Source: Azolla caroliniana (taxonomy: Eukaryota; Plantae; Polypodiophyta). From it: DNA of 64,000 nt. This document shows, piece after piece, positions 1 through 11,847 of this stretch. The notes below the pieces were generated by a model, which searched no databases, was not told the origin of the DNA, and was given only the letters and a program-made list of their open reading frames with translations. Both the position numbers and the translations under genes were made by a program. Every line of letters begins with the position of its first letter. The first letter of the stretch is position 1. Where the stretch lies: positions 10,912,001-10,976,000 of the forward strand of contig JBHGNT010000016.1 in assembly GCA_043228905.1 (NCBI GenBank). The letters are read 5' to 3'.

Positions 1-1117
1 TTTTGCCCCTGAAACATATTATTTTGGGTTCAAAAGCCTATGTGTATCTTTTCCCTCTCCTCTCTTTTAATTTGCATCCCCGCCATTTTGTCTCTCCTCT
101 CACTCCATTCAACTAAGGTGGCACCAAAACAAACCTCTTGGTTCCTCCTTTCACATCTCTGCACCATGTTGCATCTTGTAATGTTATATTTTGCCATGTG
201 CTCTCCTTGCCTATGCTCTATCAATACTTTCAAGACCCAATAATTATTGAAGCAAACCATTTTGAAGACAAATAAAAGCCAGTTTTGGAGCCATCTCAAG
301 ATGACCACATTTTTTGTGTAAAATATATGTAGTGTTATAACAATGAAAAAACAGATAGAAGATAATAATAATAAAAGATACTTCCAAAATCATTTATTTA
401 GTCACAGGTTTCTGCATGCAAAGAGTAGTCCTCCACTCATTCATTCAATGAAATTCAAGCTGCGTGGAATTTGGATGGTCATTGAATGCTCCAAGGGCAA
501 TTGATTGCAGAATATCAAAAATTGAAAATTAATTTGGGAGCTATGATGTTACGAGCCTATACATGTGAAGTGTTGTAGACAAAATGAACCAAAATATCAG
601 GTCTAAAGAAGTTAATAACCCTATGAATGTGAAACCCCTCCATGCCGGACTATCACTTGTCTGTGATGATGTGATGTGGCCGATTCAATAATGAAGGTTC
701 ATGAGAACATAATGTGGATGAATGAGAGATGTGTAAAAATGAAGAGAAAAAAGAGTGCAGATCATTGTATCCAAAGATATATCAGAAAGTGTCCAACTTC
801 CCCATCAAAACGCTTTGCTTTGCATTGTATCATTGCACAAAGACTCGGGCAGACATGAGCAGGTCTTGTGCGTGCAAAGTGGTAATCCTAACAAACCTAC
901 TTGTAAGGAACCCTAATGTAACTGAGAGCTGCAGACCAAGGAGAAGGGCATTTTCCCATTATATCGGAGGGAGGTTAGTTGAGAAATATGCATATCAATA
1001 AGGCCCCCCATATAAACTGGAAGAACCATTCTCCCCATACATTGCTTTATTAATTACTCAAGTGGAGACACGGACATATCTTTTGATCCTTAGCCAGTCA
1101 GGTAAATGATATGATAC

Positions 1118-2758
1118 CTGATGGATTCCACTTTCATGGGCAAATGCATTGGCTCCAACAATGGCCTTATGAGGCTGAACAAGCATACCAGTGTAATCTG
1201 CAACCTGGGATACAAATATCTCTGAATGATAACAGCGATGTTCATTTTTATTTAAATGGTAGGATTTTAATAGATGCTCAATTGCTTATCATACAAATAT
1301 TCAAAAATGCAACAGTTGCAACATACCATCTTGCTAGAAGCTGCAATATGCTTTGTTTGTATGCCTGTGTACAGACCACCCATTTGTCCTTGGCCACGAC
1401 ATTTGATGGCCATTACAATCTGCAATAATTATGTGCATATAGCATATAATATGACCATTAAGTATGATGGTAAGTTTGAAACATTCTCAGATTCAAGAAG
1501 ATCCATAATGATGATGAAGATATATGAGAAACAACAAGGATTTCTAAGTAATCGACATACTACAAACTCTTCACACAGGTAGCTCATTGTTTGAAGGAGA
1601 TAATCACAAGGGTTCTACCTCTTCAAGGGATGCATTTCCTGCTCGCTCCCCAATACCATTCAATGTGACTTCCAGCTGCCTTGCACCGTTAAGTGCACCC
1701 TGCATTGCCCAAATGTAAGAAACTCTGTTTTTTATTTAAAGATAAATATCTACAATTACAAAATAAACAGCACAATCAAAAAGGTCGAAAGACATGTCTC
1801 ACAGCCAAAGTATTCGCAGTTGCAAGTCCAAGATCATTGTGACAATGAGTTGAAATGATAATTCCATCAGCACCAGGAGTATTTGCTTTTATTTTTGCGA
1901 TTAATTGGCCAAACTCCTCAGGAAGATTGTAGCCAACTGTATCAGGGATATTCACAGTGGTGGCACCAGCTTTGATCGCTTCCTCAAGAACTCGGTACAG
2001 GAACTCTGGATCAGACCTACCACAATATAATGTCTCAAACACTTGAGAAAGGTTAGAGACGTTCATATCTACCCAATTCATTGTTAAATACATAACTTCC
2101 CAAAAAACTATACACACCTGCCTGCATCCTCAGGGCTGAAGTCGATGTCCTCACAACCGAGGCTGCGTGCATACAGAACCATTTCTCGGGCTAGTCGAAC
2201 AACCTCATCTGGAGACTTCCGAAGCTTGTACTGCATATGAATATCGCTGGTCGCAATAAAAGTGTGGACTCGAGGTCGGACAGCATATCGAACAGCCTCC
2301 CAAGCAGCATCTATGTCGGCTTTGTTACACCTAGCAAGGCCACATATGACAGGGACATAGCCATCTTCGCTCACATTGTTTCCTACCTCTTTGGCTATGA
2401 GCTTCACAGCTTCGAAGTCGTCAGGGGATGCGACAGGGAATCCAGCTTCGATGACATCCACGCCCAGCTTTGCGAGCTGCCTGGCGATGTCGAGTTTCTC
2501 CTTGCTAGTTAAGGTTGCACCGGGGGACTGCTCCCCATCTCTGAGTGTGGTGTCAAAGATGCGAACATAGTTGGGGTCATGAATCTTGTTGGGGATGTAC
2601 TGAGGTCTCTTGAGAGCGCTGCAGCATATATATGATGATGACCTTCTGTGGGTCAATAATGGTCTGCCTGTACTTCGGTGAATTAGAGAAGATATGGAAG
2701 ACGATGATGAAGGAGGAGGAGGAGGAGGAGGGAGCGAGAAGCACAGTGCGTTCGCCAT
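1118..2758 (-). CDS. IPMS: 2-isopropylmalate synthase (plastid-targeted), exons 1-5; gene continues beyond left edge
   Basis: Motifs [69 protein letters not shown]-bounded exons read in frame: 2758-2118, 2016-1803, 1699-1619, 1419-1327, 1204-1118. Ser/Pro-rich N-terminal transit-peptide-like leader. Next exon (DGMLK...) not found in 1-1117. Confidence 0.95.
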
Positions 2759-3429
2759 GAGCGGGCCCAAGCCACAAGGCCAAGGAAGGCCAATCAATCA
2801 CACAACAAAAAAGCAGAAGAACAAAATGCGTGCTCTGCTCTGCTCTGCCCTGCTTCTTCTACAAACAACACAAAAGTACATACATACATACATACGATAC
2901 AGTAGCACACCAAACCTTACCTGAATCTTTGTTACATGTATGTATGTATGTACATACATATGTCTTTCACGTAATGGTTTCTAAATTCTTCTTCTTCCCT
3001 GGCAATAGAAATCTTTTAGATTATGTATGGTTGGGTTGGTAATATTTTTTTTTACATACGCAATGTCGCCTCCTTGCTTTGATATGCATACATACACTCA
3101 CTCACTCTTCACAACGGTGGATGTTTTCCTCATATTTTGCACACACCCTCTCCCATTATGGCTCTTGCTTTATTCATCTTGAAGGAGGTGGGTGGTGTAC
3201 ACGTACAAATTCTTCCTAAGCATGACTTACCTCTGGTTTGTCCCCTAGGATGGATGATCATATGATTTCCTTGATCGGTTCACTATATAGGGCAAAGGCC
3301 TAAATAATAGTTTTGAAGAAGTTAATGTCTTCTAATATACCATCCTTTTGATCCATCATAGTCGCTTGGCAAGGTATACAAAATTCATACACCAAGTCTA
3401 TGTTAATCATGTGGAATGTTATAATAATT

Positions 3430-3715
3430 ATCATATGTGGAATGAAAGACCATCATCACTAAAGGTTTGAGATGAGTTCATGGGTTCAAGTCCACCTAAG
3501 TTGTGACATTTTGTATAACATGACATCATCCCCCTCCAACAACAAGTTTTTACAATTCGAAATTCGCAGGCTCGGATTTGGCTTATTAGGATATCCATGA
3601 AGAAATTATGTTATGTGAGTTAAGATGTTTGCAAGATTGTAAGTGGGTTCCCAACTCCAATCAGTAGTCATGCAATCTGACTAATCCACAAGGTAGTATA
3701 ACTTTTTATGCATGG
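3430..3715 (-). mobile_element. Remnant 3' end of chromoviral Ty3/gypsy (chromodomain tail, PPT, start of LTR at 3525)
   Basis: Minus strand reads YYLVD*..WSWEP..NL (chromodomain), then PPT GGAGGGGGATGA and TGTCATG LTR start; parallels 4140-4300. Confidence 0.7.
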
Positions 3716-6525
3716 ATATTGTCAGGGTCGTAGCCAAAGACAAGTTTAAAATGAAGAAAAGAATGAGAAGTAGAAAATAAGAAAGGAATGAGAGATAAAT
3801 AAGATGTTGAAAATGTATTAGCAATGAGAACAAGGGTTACAAGAGTATGCCGAAGATTGGCGTTGAACCGGAATGGTTCATCAATACTTCGATATAGCAT
3901 GCTTTGGATACATCCATGCGCGCCACCTCATAGGCATGCATGATCACCATTTGGCATTCATGCAAGCATGACACTTGGTAATAATGTGTTAGCCTATGCA
4001 ATGACGACATTTCATAATATTATATATGTTTCTTCATGATCTAATATAAGAATTTATAACTTTACATGTGTAATGTGATGTATTTTGGTGGTTAAAGCTA
4101 CACATTATCTTTGAGGAGGTCATGGGTTCAAATCTCCATTATGAGTTGTGGTATATGTTCATGACATTATCCCCTTCCTTTAACGACGAGTTCCACGTGT
4201 CGCAATGCACGAACTAGGAGTTGGCTTATTCGGATATCATTGATGAAATTCAGCTACAAGTTCTTTGGTATTATTGAGATTTTCAACTGGCTCTCACGTT
4301 TGATCTGTAGCTGTATAATCCAACCAAATCAACGAAATGATACAATTTGTTCTTCACAACTTTGGAGTCCAAATTCATATTCCACGCCTTCATCAAGCTC
4401 AATAAGAGGTGGAGGGGGAACAACACGATCTGGAATAGAGTTTGAAGCATAAGGTTCCAAGAGTGAGACATGAAACATTGGATGAAGATGCATATGAGGA
4501 GGGAGATCGAGATGAAAAGCAACTTCATTGATCTGTTTAGTGATTAAATATGGACCAAGATGGTGATAATCCAACTTGTTACAAGGCCTAGTGGTCTTCA
4601 CATTACACTGTAAGAGCCATATATGATCTCCAACTTGAAATTTGAGTTTTTCCGATGATGAGTTGAGTCAGTGGCGATCTGCAAATTTCTTATGGGTGGC
4701 TTGAGCATGATGTAAATGATGAGAAATAGCAACATGAATTTCCTGGATATAACATAGGTGATCCTCCGCAACAGGGTTTTTCAATATTTTTGGGTGGTCA
4801 AGCATTGTCCAATGGGGATGAACACCCATGTTGGCAAAGAAGGGAGTAAGTTTGGTGGACGAATGAACTGAATTATTGTAAGAAAACTCCGCAAAAGGTA
4901 AATAATCTAACCAATCATCCTATTGATAATTGATGACGCAACGAAGGTATTGTTCCAAGGTTTGATTGGTACATTTGGTTTGACCATCAATCTTTGGATG
5001 ATAGCTTGAAGAGAGTTTACAATCAATTTGGAGGAGCCCAAACAAGTGTTTCCAAAATGTCACGATAAATTGTGGTCCTTGATCACAAATGATATCATCA
5101 GGAAGACCACGATACCGAAACACTTCACACATAACCAAATTTGTTGTCTCTTGACTATTAATAGTCTTTGTGCAGGGTAGAAAATGTGTCATCTTAGTGA
5201 ACCAATCTACAACAGTAAGGATGGAATTAAAACCTTTGGAAGACAGAAGATCAATAATGAAATCCATAGGTATAGACTTCCACGGACCATCAGGGACTTG
5301 TAAGGGTTGGAGTAAACCATACGGTCGATGTCGAGGACACTTGGACTAACAACATGCATCACAACTGCGAATGTAGTCCTCAACATAATTACGAAGATGC
5401 AACCACCAATAATTTCTAGAAACTAATTCCAAAGTTTTGTGAACTCCAAAATGTTTGGCCATTGGCATGTCATGGCAGTGTTGTAAAATAAGGAGTTGAG
5501 AACGACCATCAGGGACATAAAGTAAATTATTTCGAAAAAGTAAATTATCATGTCAACTGAACTTATTATAAACTTTGTACAAGAATGCACGGACCTTGAA
5601 CAAGCAGCACGATCTGGAATGATATGATTCAAGACATCTTGTGCAAATTCGTTTGCTTCAAGTTTAGTACGAATCGTACTAATAAATATCCAGTTTGTGG
5701 GTGTCTTAAAAGCGTTAGCGACCATCACTTGTAAACGATCAGAACCAAGGAGGATCTGCTTTTGATGATCAAAAGCAGGTTCCCCTAAACAGGGTGCCAT
5801 GTAGGAACGCCGAGATAGCGCATTTACCTTTCCATGGTGTATTGCGGGGCGATACACCATCAAGAAATCAAAGCGTGTACGAAATTGTGCCCAACGAGCC
5901 TGTCGACGATTTAAGACTCGAGCATTTTGGAAATACGTTAGGTTCTTGTGATCATTATAGAAAATGATTTGATGGGGAGAACCTTCCAAGAAGTAGAGCC
6001 AATGCTCAAAAGATTCTACAATAGCCAAAAGCTCCTTGTTGTGAATCTCATAATTAATTTCCGCAGCTTCAAATTTCCGCGAATGAAAAGCAACTAGATA
6101 TAATAGCCCGTTTTCTTTGGGTTGTGAGAGCACACTCCCGAGTGCAAAATTTGATGCATAACTTTCCAAAATAAAAGGCTTTTCTTGGTTAGCATGGATC
6201 AAAATAGGAGTTGATGTGAACGCACATTTTAAACTTTCAAATGCCTCAACCGCACTAGGATTCCATATGAATGGTTGGTTTTTATGTGTTAATTGTGTAA
6301 GAGGAAAAACCTTATTTGAGTAGTTCCTAATGAATTTGCAGTAAGAATTCGCAAATCCCACGAAACACTGGACATCACACATAGATTGTAGTGTTTCCCA
6401 CTCTAGAATTGTTTACACCTTTGTTGGATCCATAAATATTCCTTCTGGTGATATTATGTACCCCAAGAATTCCACTTAGTTGAGATCAAAACTACATTTC
6501 TTGAGTTTAGAATAGAGACCATATT

Positions 6526-6937
6526 TGTCATAAACATATGCCACACCAAGATGGAAGGTAAGGGATCGAACCTAAGACCTCATGGTCTCCATTGGGCAAC
6601 CCTACCAACTAAGCTACATTCATCTATGCATTCTTGTATTACGAAAATCCAACTTCATGTATGGTAGATTGAACATTGGATGTTCCTAGCTTGCATGCAT
6701 TCTCATGCATTCTATATTCCTAGTTTGCTTACATGCATTCTCTTTTCCTAGCTTACATACATGCATTCTCTATTCCTAGCTATCATACATACCCCTACCT
6801 TCTTATATAAATACTCAGGTGCACCTTGATTCTAATCAAGGTGAACAACACCAGTTACGGAATCATAAGTCAAGTTCTTGTTCTTTTTCTCTCTCTTAGT
6901 TCTTAGTCTCGTCTTAGTTTTTTTTTTTTCCATAACA
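6526..6937 (+). mobile_element. Solo LTR of a Tcn1-like family with 5-bp TSD ATATT
   Basis: TGTCATA...ATAACA flanked by ATATT at 6521-6525 and 6938-6942; the host RT frame (EEYGLYSKLKKC) rejoins across it; TATA region and downstream sequence homologous to LTR 17019-17436. Confidence 0.9.
6550..6623 (-). promoter_or_regulatory. tRNA-like Pol III-type module (A box + B box) inside LTR
   Basis: Minus strand: TAGCTTAGTTGGTAG ... GGTTCGATCCC with tRNA-like spacing; anticodon arm decayed, so not a functional tRNA gene. Confidence 0.7.
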
Positions 6938-7155
6938 ATATTCTTCATTAGTATAAATTCTACATACATGAGAAAATGATTAGTCTGACAACATCATAAA
7001 AGCTATGGCCATGATAGGCCAATAAAAAACTCAAAGACTCAGAGTAGAAGACTACAAAGAGCGGTGGACACACATACATGACTCTTTTTCCCATCTCATG
7101 TGATCATTGGCTAAGACCCAATGTTCATCCATCTTCTTCCATTCTCGCATGTTGA

Positions 7156-7585
<430 letters not shown>

Positions 7586-7599
7586 AAAATACTAGTTCT

Positions 7600-8200
7600 C
7601 TATTAAAATCCACTCTCCTCAGACCCTCACTAAAATTTGCTTCTGCCTCCGCCACCATCTTCGCTCATCGTTGTATAAACTAAAAACAAAAAATGTGCTT
7701 CAAATATTTCCACATCAGCCATCTCTCCATTTTCCTTGAAATTCTTGCATAGACAACCAAGAAAAAATTAGTTGTCCTCATCCACTCATGACCTTTTGCT
7801 TCAGCCCTCGACAACATCCTCGCTCATCCTTTAAAAAATAAACAACTTCCTTTTCCACAACATCCATCTTGCCAGTCACTGCCCGAGTCGTGTTTCTCTC
7901 TATTTTCAACAACTTCTTGTACCTACACAAAACAGAATTAATCCACTCTCCTCACCCTCATAAAACCTTGCTTCTACCTTTGCCACCATCTTCACTCATC
8001 ATTCTGAAAACTAAAAATGACTAAAAATGCTTCGAAAACATCCACATCAACTCTCTCTTCATTTTGCATCAAAATCCTCTTGCCATTCATCACCCGAGTC
8101 CTGTACCTACAAAAAAACTAGAATGAATCCACTCTCCTCAAACCCTCATGAAATCTTGCTTCTACCTCCACCACCATCTTCACTCATCCTTCCAAAATTA
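7600..8200 (-). repeat. Degenerate tandem repeat (3-4 units), homologous to the array at 59040-60420
   Basis: ATCCACTCTCCTCA...CTTCT.CCT...CCACCATCTTC.CTCATC recurs near 7608, 7941 and 8127, with a partial copy near 7778. Confidence 0.7.
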
Positions 8201-8214
8201 AATTGCTTCCAGAA

Positions 8215-9514
8215 TGAGTCTCATCTTAGTTCTACTCTATTATACTCGTCCGTGATAGTTTGTTCACCTTCCTCTTCTTGCTACCATGTCCGACTCTGTT
8301 GACAACCTGAACCAAGTAATGGTAGCCATGCGACAACTTCAACTCGAAAATGAAATCCTTCGGGAGCTTCAATCCTTCACATCAAGAAACCCACCACCAA
8401 CCGAGCTACAATCGTTGTCGACACCTAGTCCAACCACTTCCTCTTCCCATCCATATGTCCTTGAACCAACCATTAGCCTACCCGACAAATTCAATGGCAC
8501 GAGGGCGTATCTTCGTGGCTTCATCAATCAAATTCGGCTTATAATCTGTTTACAACCCCAACGGTATGCTAACAACTTTTCTCGGGCCGACCTCGTCGGC
8601 ACCCTTCTCTTTGGGCTGGCACAAGCGTGGTTTGTACCCTCTCTTAGAAAACTTCACTGCTTTCCTTGCTGAGCTCGAAGCTACGTTCAGCGAGACAGAC
8701 CGACGACAAACGGTACTCACGAAGCTCTATTCCTTCCAACAAGGCTCATGTTCAGCCTCTATCTACACTTCAAAGTTCTGCCAGCTTGCCTACGATGTCA
8801 GTTGGGATGACCAAGCCTTATGCGATCATTTTCATCGCGGTCTCCGAAACGATGTCAAGACTCTTCTCTTGAACTTTCCAGAGCCCACATCATTGTCTCA
8901 AGTAATCTCCCAAGCCGTTCAATGTGATAATCGTCTATCCGAACTTCGTTAGGAAGAACGTGGGACTCGCGGGTTTCAATCTTCCTCCCGAAACGCATCA
9001 ATAGTCAGGCCTTACCTCTCAGTCCCCCCCCCCCCCACCCCATGCCAACCTTACCCTCACCCAATGATTCTCATCCTACGATGGAGGTCGATTCTCATAC
9101 CCCGATGGAGATTGACCACGCTTGGTTCCAACCACTAATTGATGTCCAACGCCAACATCGTCATGCCAATGGCCTTTGTCTCTATTGTGGTAACCCTGGC
9201 CATGTCATCCACCACTGCCCGGTGCAGGGCCCTCGACACCAATTCCACCGTGCACGTCTTGCGAAGGTTCCTTAACAACAGGAAAACGACCAAGTCTGGC
9301 TGCAGTAGGAGTCATGCCGTTGGACGCTTCCCGTTACCCACCTTTTCCATGCTCCTACAAGTTCATTCCACCATTAGGAGGGTTTGCTTTGCAAGTAATT
9401 CTTTGTTTTGGGTCAACATCAATACACTCTCATGCTTTGTTTGACTCTGGAGCATCTACTTGTTTTATCGATATATTGTTTGTCCACACACATAATATCC
9501 CCACCGTTCCATAG
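8215..9514 (+). mobile_element. Tcn1-like Ty3/gypsy 5' fragment (LTR end, PBS, gag with zinc knuckle, protease)
   Basis: LPDKFNGTRAYLRGF gag, CLYCGNPGHVIHHC knuckle, ALFDSGAST protease; LTR end CCGTGATA followed by GTTTGTTCACCTT. Confidence 0.9.
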
Positions 9515-10145
9515 GGGTGGTGGAGGGGCCCGACGTCTTGGGATTTGTCAAGGATAATGGGGCTCGAGGAGGGAGACATGAAAAACATCATGAATTAGAA
9601 ATTGGGATGGAAGGGCCAACCGAAAGGCGATGGGATTAATGTGCTCAACTATACTGAATGGTCCCAACTTCTTGTAATCAAGTTTCACACATGGATGGGT
9701 AGTAGAGATGTGACGTCATAACAACTAGGCCATGTCTCCAACGAGAAAGGGTGGAGTGACAGATCGATGGCAATCAACGTGCTTCTTGTATCGTTCACCA
9801 ACGAGACGAAGCTCCAAGGATAAGTCATGATGTAGCTCTTCTAAAACCCAGGCTCGACCATCTACCGAAGGGTTTGACAGGAACTACACGCTCCTGATGA
9901 ACAACGCTCGGCCACAACCGAGCCTAGAATAAAACACAGAAAATAGGGATTGGAAGGTCAACACGATAGAGAGAAGTGTACAAGATGTTTACGTAGAAAA
10001 CCCAAACACGGGAAAAACCACGGCAGTCCACTGACTGCTAACTATCACTATATCACAATGATTACAACAGTGAGTTCACGGAGGCAACAACCTCGTGCTC
10101 ACGATCTTCACCACAGGCGGCGGTTACAATAGAGGCAACGACCTC

Positions 10146-10189
<44 letters not shown>

Positions 10190-10349
10190 CACTGTTACGC
10201 GCTCTCTAGTCTTTTGCACCAACAAGAATGACATCAACAATCTATATTCTCTGTTTGCCCTAAGTCATATTTATACTAATATGACTTTTTCGGCTATTTA
10301 CAAATATAGCCCCGATGGACTCTCAGAAACATATTTACAAATATGTCCC

Positions 10350-10715
10350 TTCATCCGGTGAGCAGTTCTCACCGGGCCTGCATCATTCGGCGATTGCCGG
10401 GTACTCCTCATCCGGTTCACACCGGGTCTTCCTGGGCCGGGTACTCCTCATCCGGTTCTCACCGGGTCTTCATCATCCTATTCTCACCGAGTCATCCGTA
10501 GCCGGGTACTCCTCATTCGGTTTTCACCGGGTCTTCATCATCCGATTTTCACCGGGTCATCCGTAGCCGGGTACTCCTCATCCGGTTCTCATCGGGTCTT
10601 CATCATCCGGTTTTCACCGGGTCATCCGTAGCCGGGTACTCCTCATCCGGTTCTCACCGGGTCTTCATCATTCGGTTCTCACCGGGTCATCCGTAGCTGG
10701 GTACTCCTCATCCGG
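10350..10715. repeat. CCGG-rich minisatellite within copia LTR (second copy 15796-15997)
   Basis: Repeated CATCCGGTTCTCACCGGGTC / CATCCGTAGCCGGGTACTCCT units; unit number differs between the two LTRs. Confidence 0.9.
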
Positions 10716-11182
10716 AGGGACCTATTTCCTAACAAACTCCCCCTTCACTCCGGCATGGGGTGTCTTACTAGTCCGACCCGCTTTCGACATGGATCCAACT
10801 TGTCAGGTGTCAGTATTTTGGTCATCATATCTGACCCATTCTCGGCCGTGTGGATCTTCGTCAGCGCAAACTCCTGGTCATCTACTCTTTCTCGGATCCA
10901 GTGATACCTACGCTGGATATGCTTCGTCCGGGAATGGTAGGCCGCATTCTTAGCAAGGTGGATGGCACTTTGACTGTCGCAATAGAGCCGATATTCATCT
11001 TGCCGGATACCGAGCTCTCCGATGAAGTCCTTTATCCATAATATTTCCTTGCCGGCTTCCACAACTCCGTGGTTGACAGCGCTGTCGTAGTGTATTTTGT
11101 ACACTACGTGAAAAACGTATATAGTATTAGATTCAATAAAAAATGAAGAAATAGAAGAAAATAGCAAAATAAATGGAACATG

Positions 11183-11252
11183 CATAGGGCAAGATTCAAA
11201 CCTTGCACCTCCATGTTAATAATGTAATGTCTTACCATTACACTAGCATTTC
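11183..11252 (-). promoter_or_regulatory. tRNA-like module inside LTR (identical copy 13971-14040)
   Basis: Minus strand: TAGTGTAATGGTAAG ... GCAAGGTTTGAATCTTGC followed by T-runs. Confidence 0.6.
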
Positions 11253-11847
11253 ATTAGTGTTAAAGTATAGATGTCCCACATAGAAAGGTAAATTCACGCT
11301 AGGATAAACATTAGAAAAACGCATAACAAAAGAAAAAGCTACACATATACATCTAGCGTGCATGATAAAAAACGCACAAGTTAGAAAAAGCATGATCACT
11401 TTAGATAAAGCATATAGTCTATCTATAGGAAAAGCATGGGGTCTATAGTTAGAGAAAAAGCATGGATTACTAAGACTTCCTCATCACTACATAAGGATGG
11501 GGAGCACAATGTAATTGTGTGTGAAAAATATTTGGAAACTAGATATGTTTCTAAAAAACACCAATTAATAAACTATACTCGTGGGATTCACGAGAATTCT
11601 ATATCATTCTCTTTCAACCGAAGTTTATATTCTTATATTCATATTGATTAATCTAATACAATACACTCGTGGGATTCACGAGTTTGCTATAACTCTTTCT
11701 TATAACATATTTATATTCTTATTAGCCTTAAAACTCTCCTCTTCCTAGTCCAAAACCCCAGCGGTTCCCACCCGACTCACGCAACGATCTGGCGCCGAAA
11801 GGCACGACACAGTTGGTGAACCCGACGTGAAGACGGGTGGCAAGGAG

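Larger units (their letters stand above)
3720..6960 (-). mobile_element. Degenerate Tcn1-like chromoviral Ty3/gypsy (RT end, RNase H, integrase, chromodomain, 3' LTR 3720-4166), 5'-truncated, interrupted by a solo LTR
   Basis: ORFs 5423-6382 (RNase H, KELLAIV, NRRQARWA), 4920-5267 (integrase, DQGPQF), 4329-4601 ([11 protein letters not shown]). PPT AAGGAAGGGGATAA precedes LTR TGTCATG...CCTGACA. Confidence 0.9.

Noticed and set aside
530-575. SYDVTSLY resembling a Penelope RT motif in IPMS intron 5
   Set aside because: Isolated 8-aa match flanked by stops with no other recognisable RT motifs.
6550-6623. Functional tRNA genes at the tRNA-like modules
   Set aside because: Anticodon and acceptor stems are not properly paired; reported as tRNA-derived modules only.
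9515-9874. Unassigned segment between Tcn1 protease and copia LTR
   Set aside because: No recognisable motif or homology within the window; probably decayed TE sequence.
10745-11185. 146-aa ORF with hydrophobic N-terminus fused to RNase H (same N-terminus at 13455-13973)
   Set aside because: Chance fusion of antisense T-rich LTR sequence with the interrupted host copia frame.
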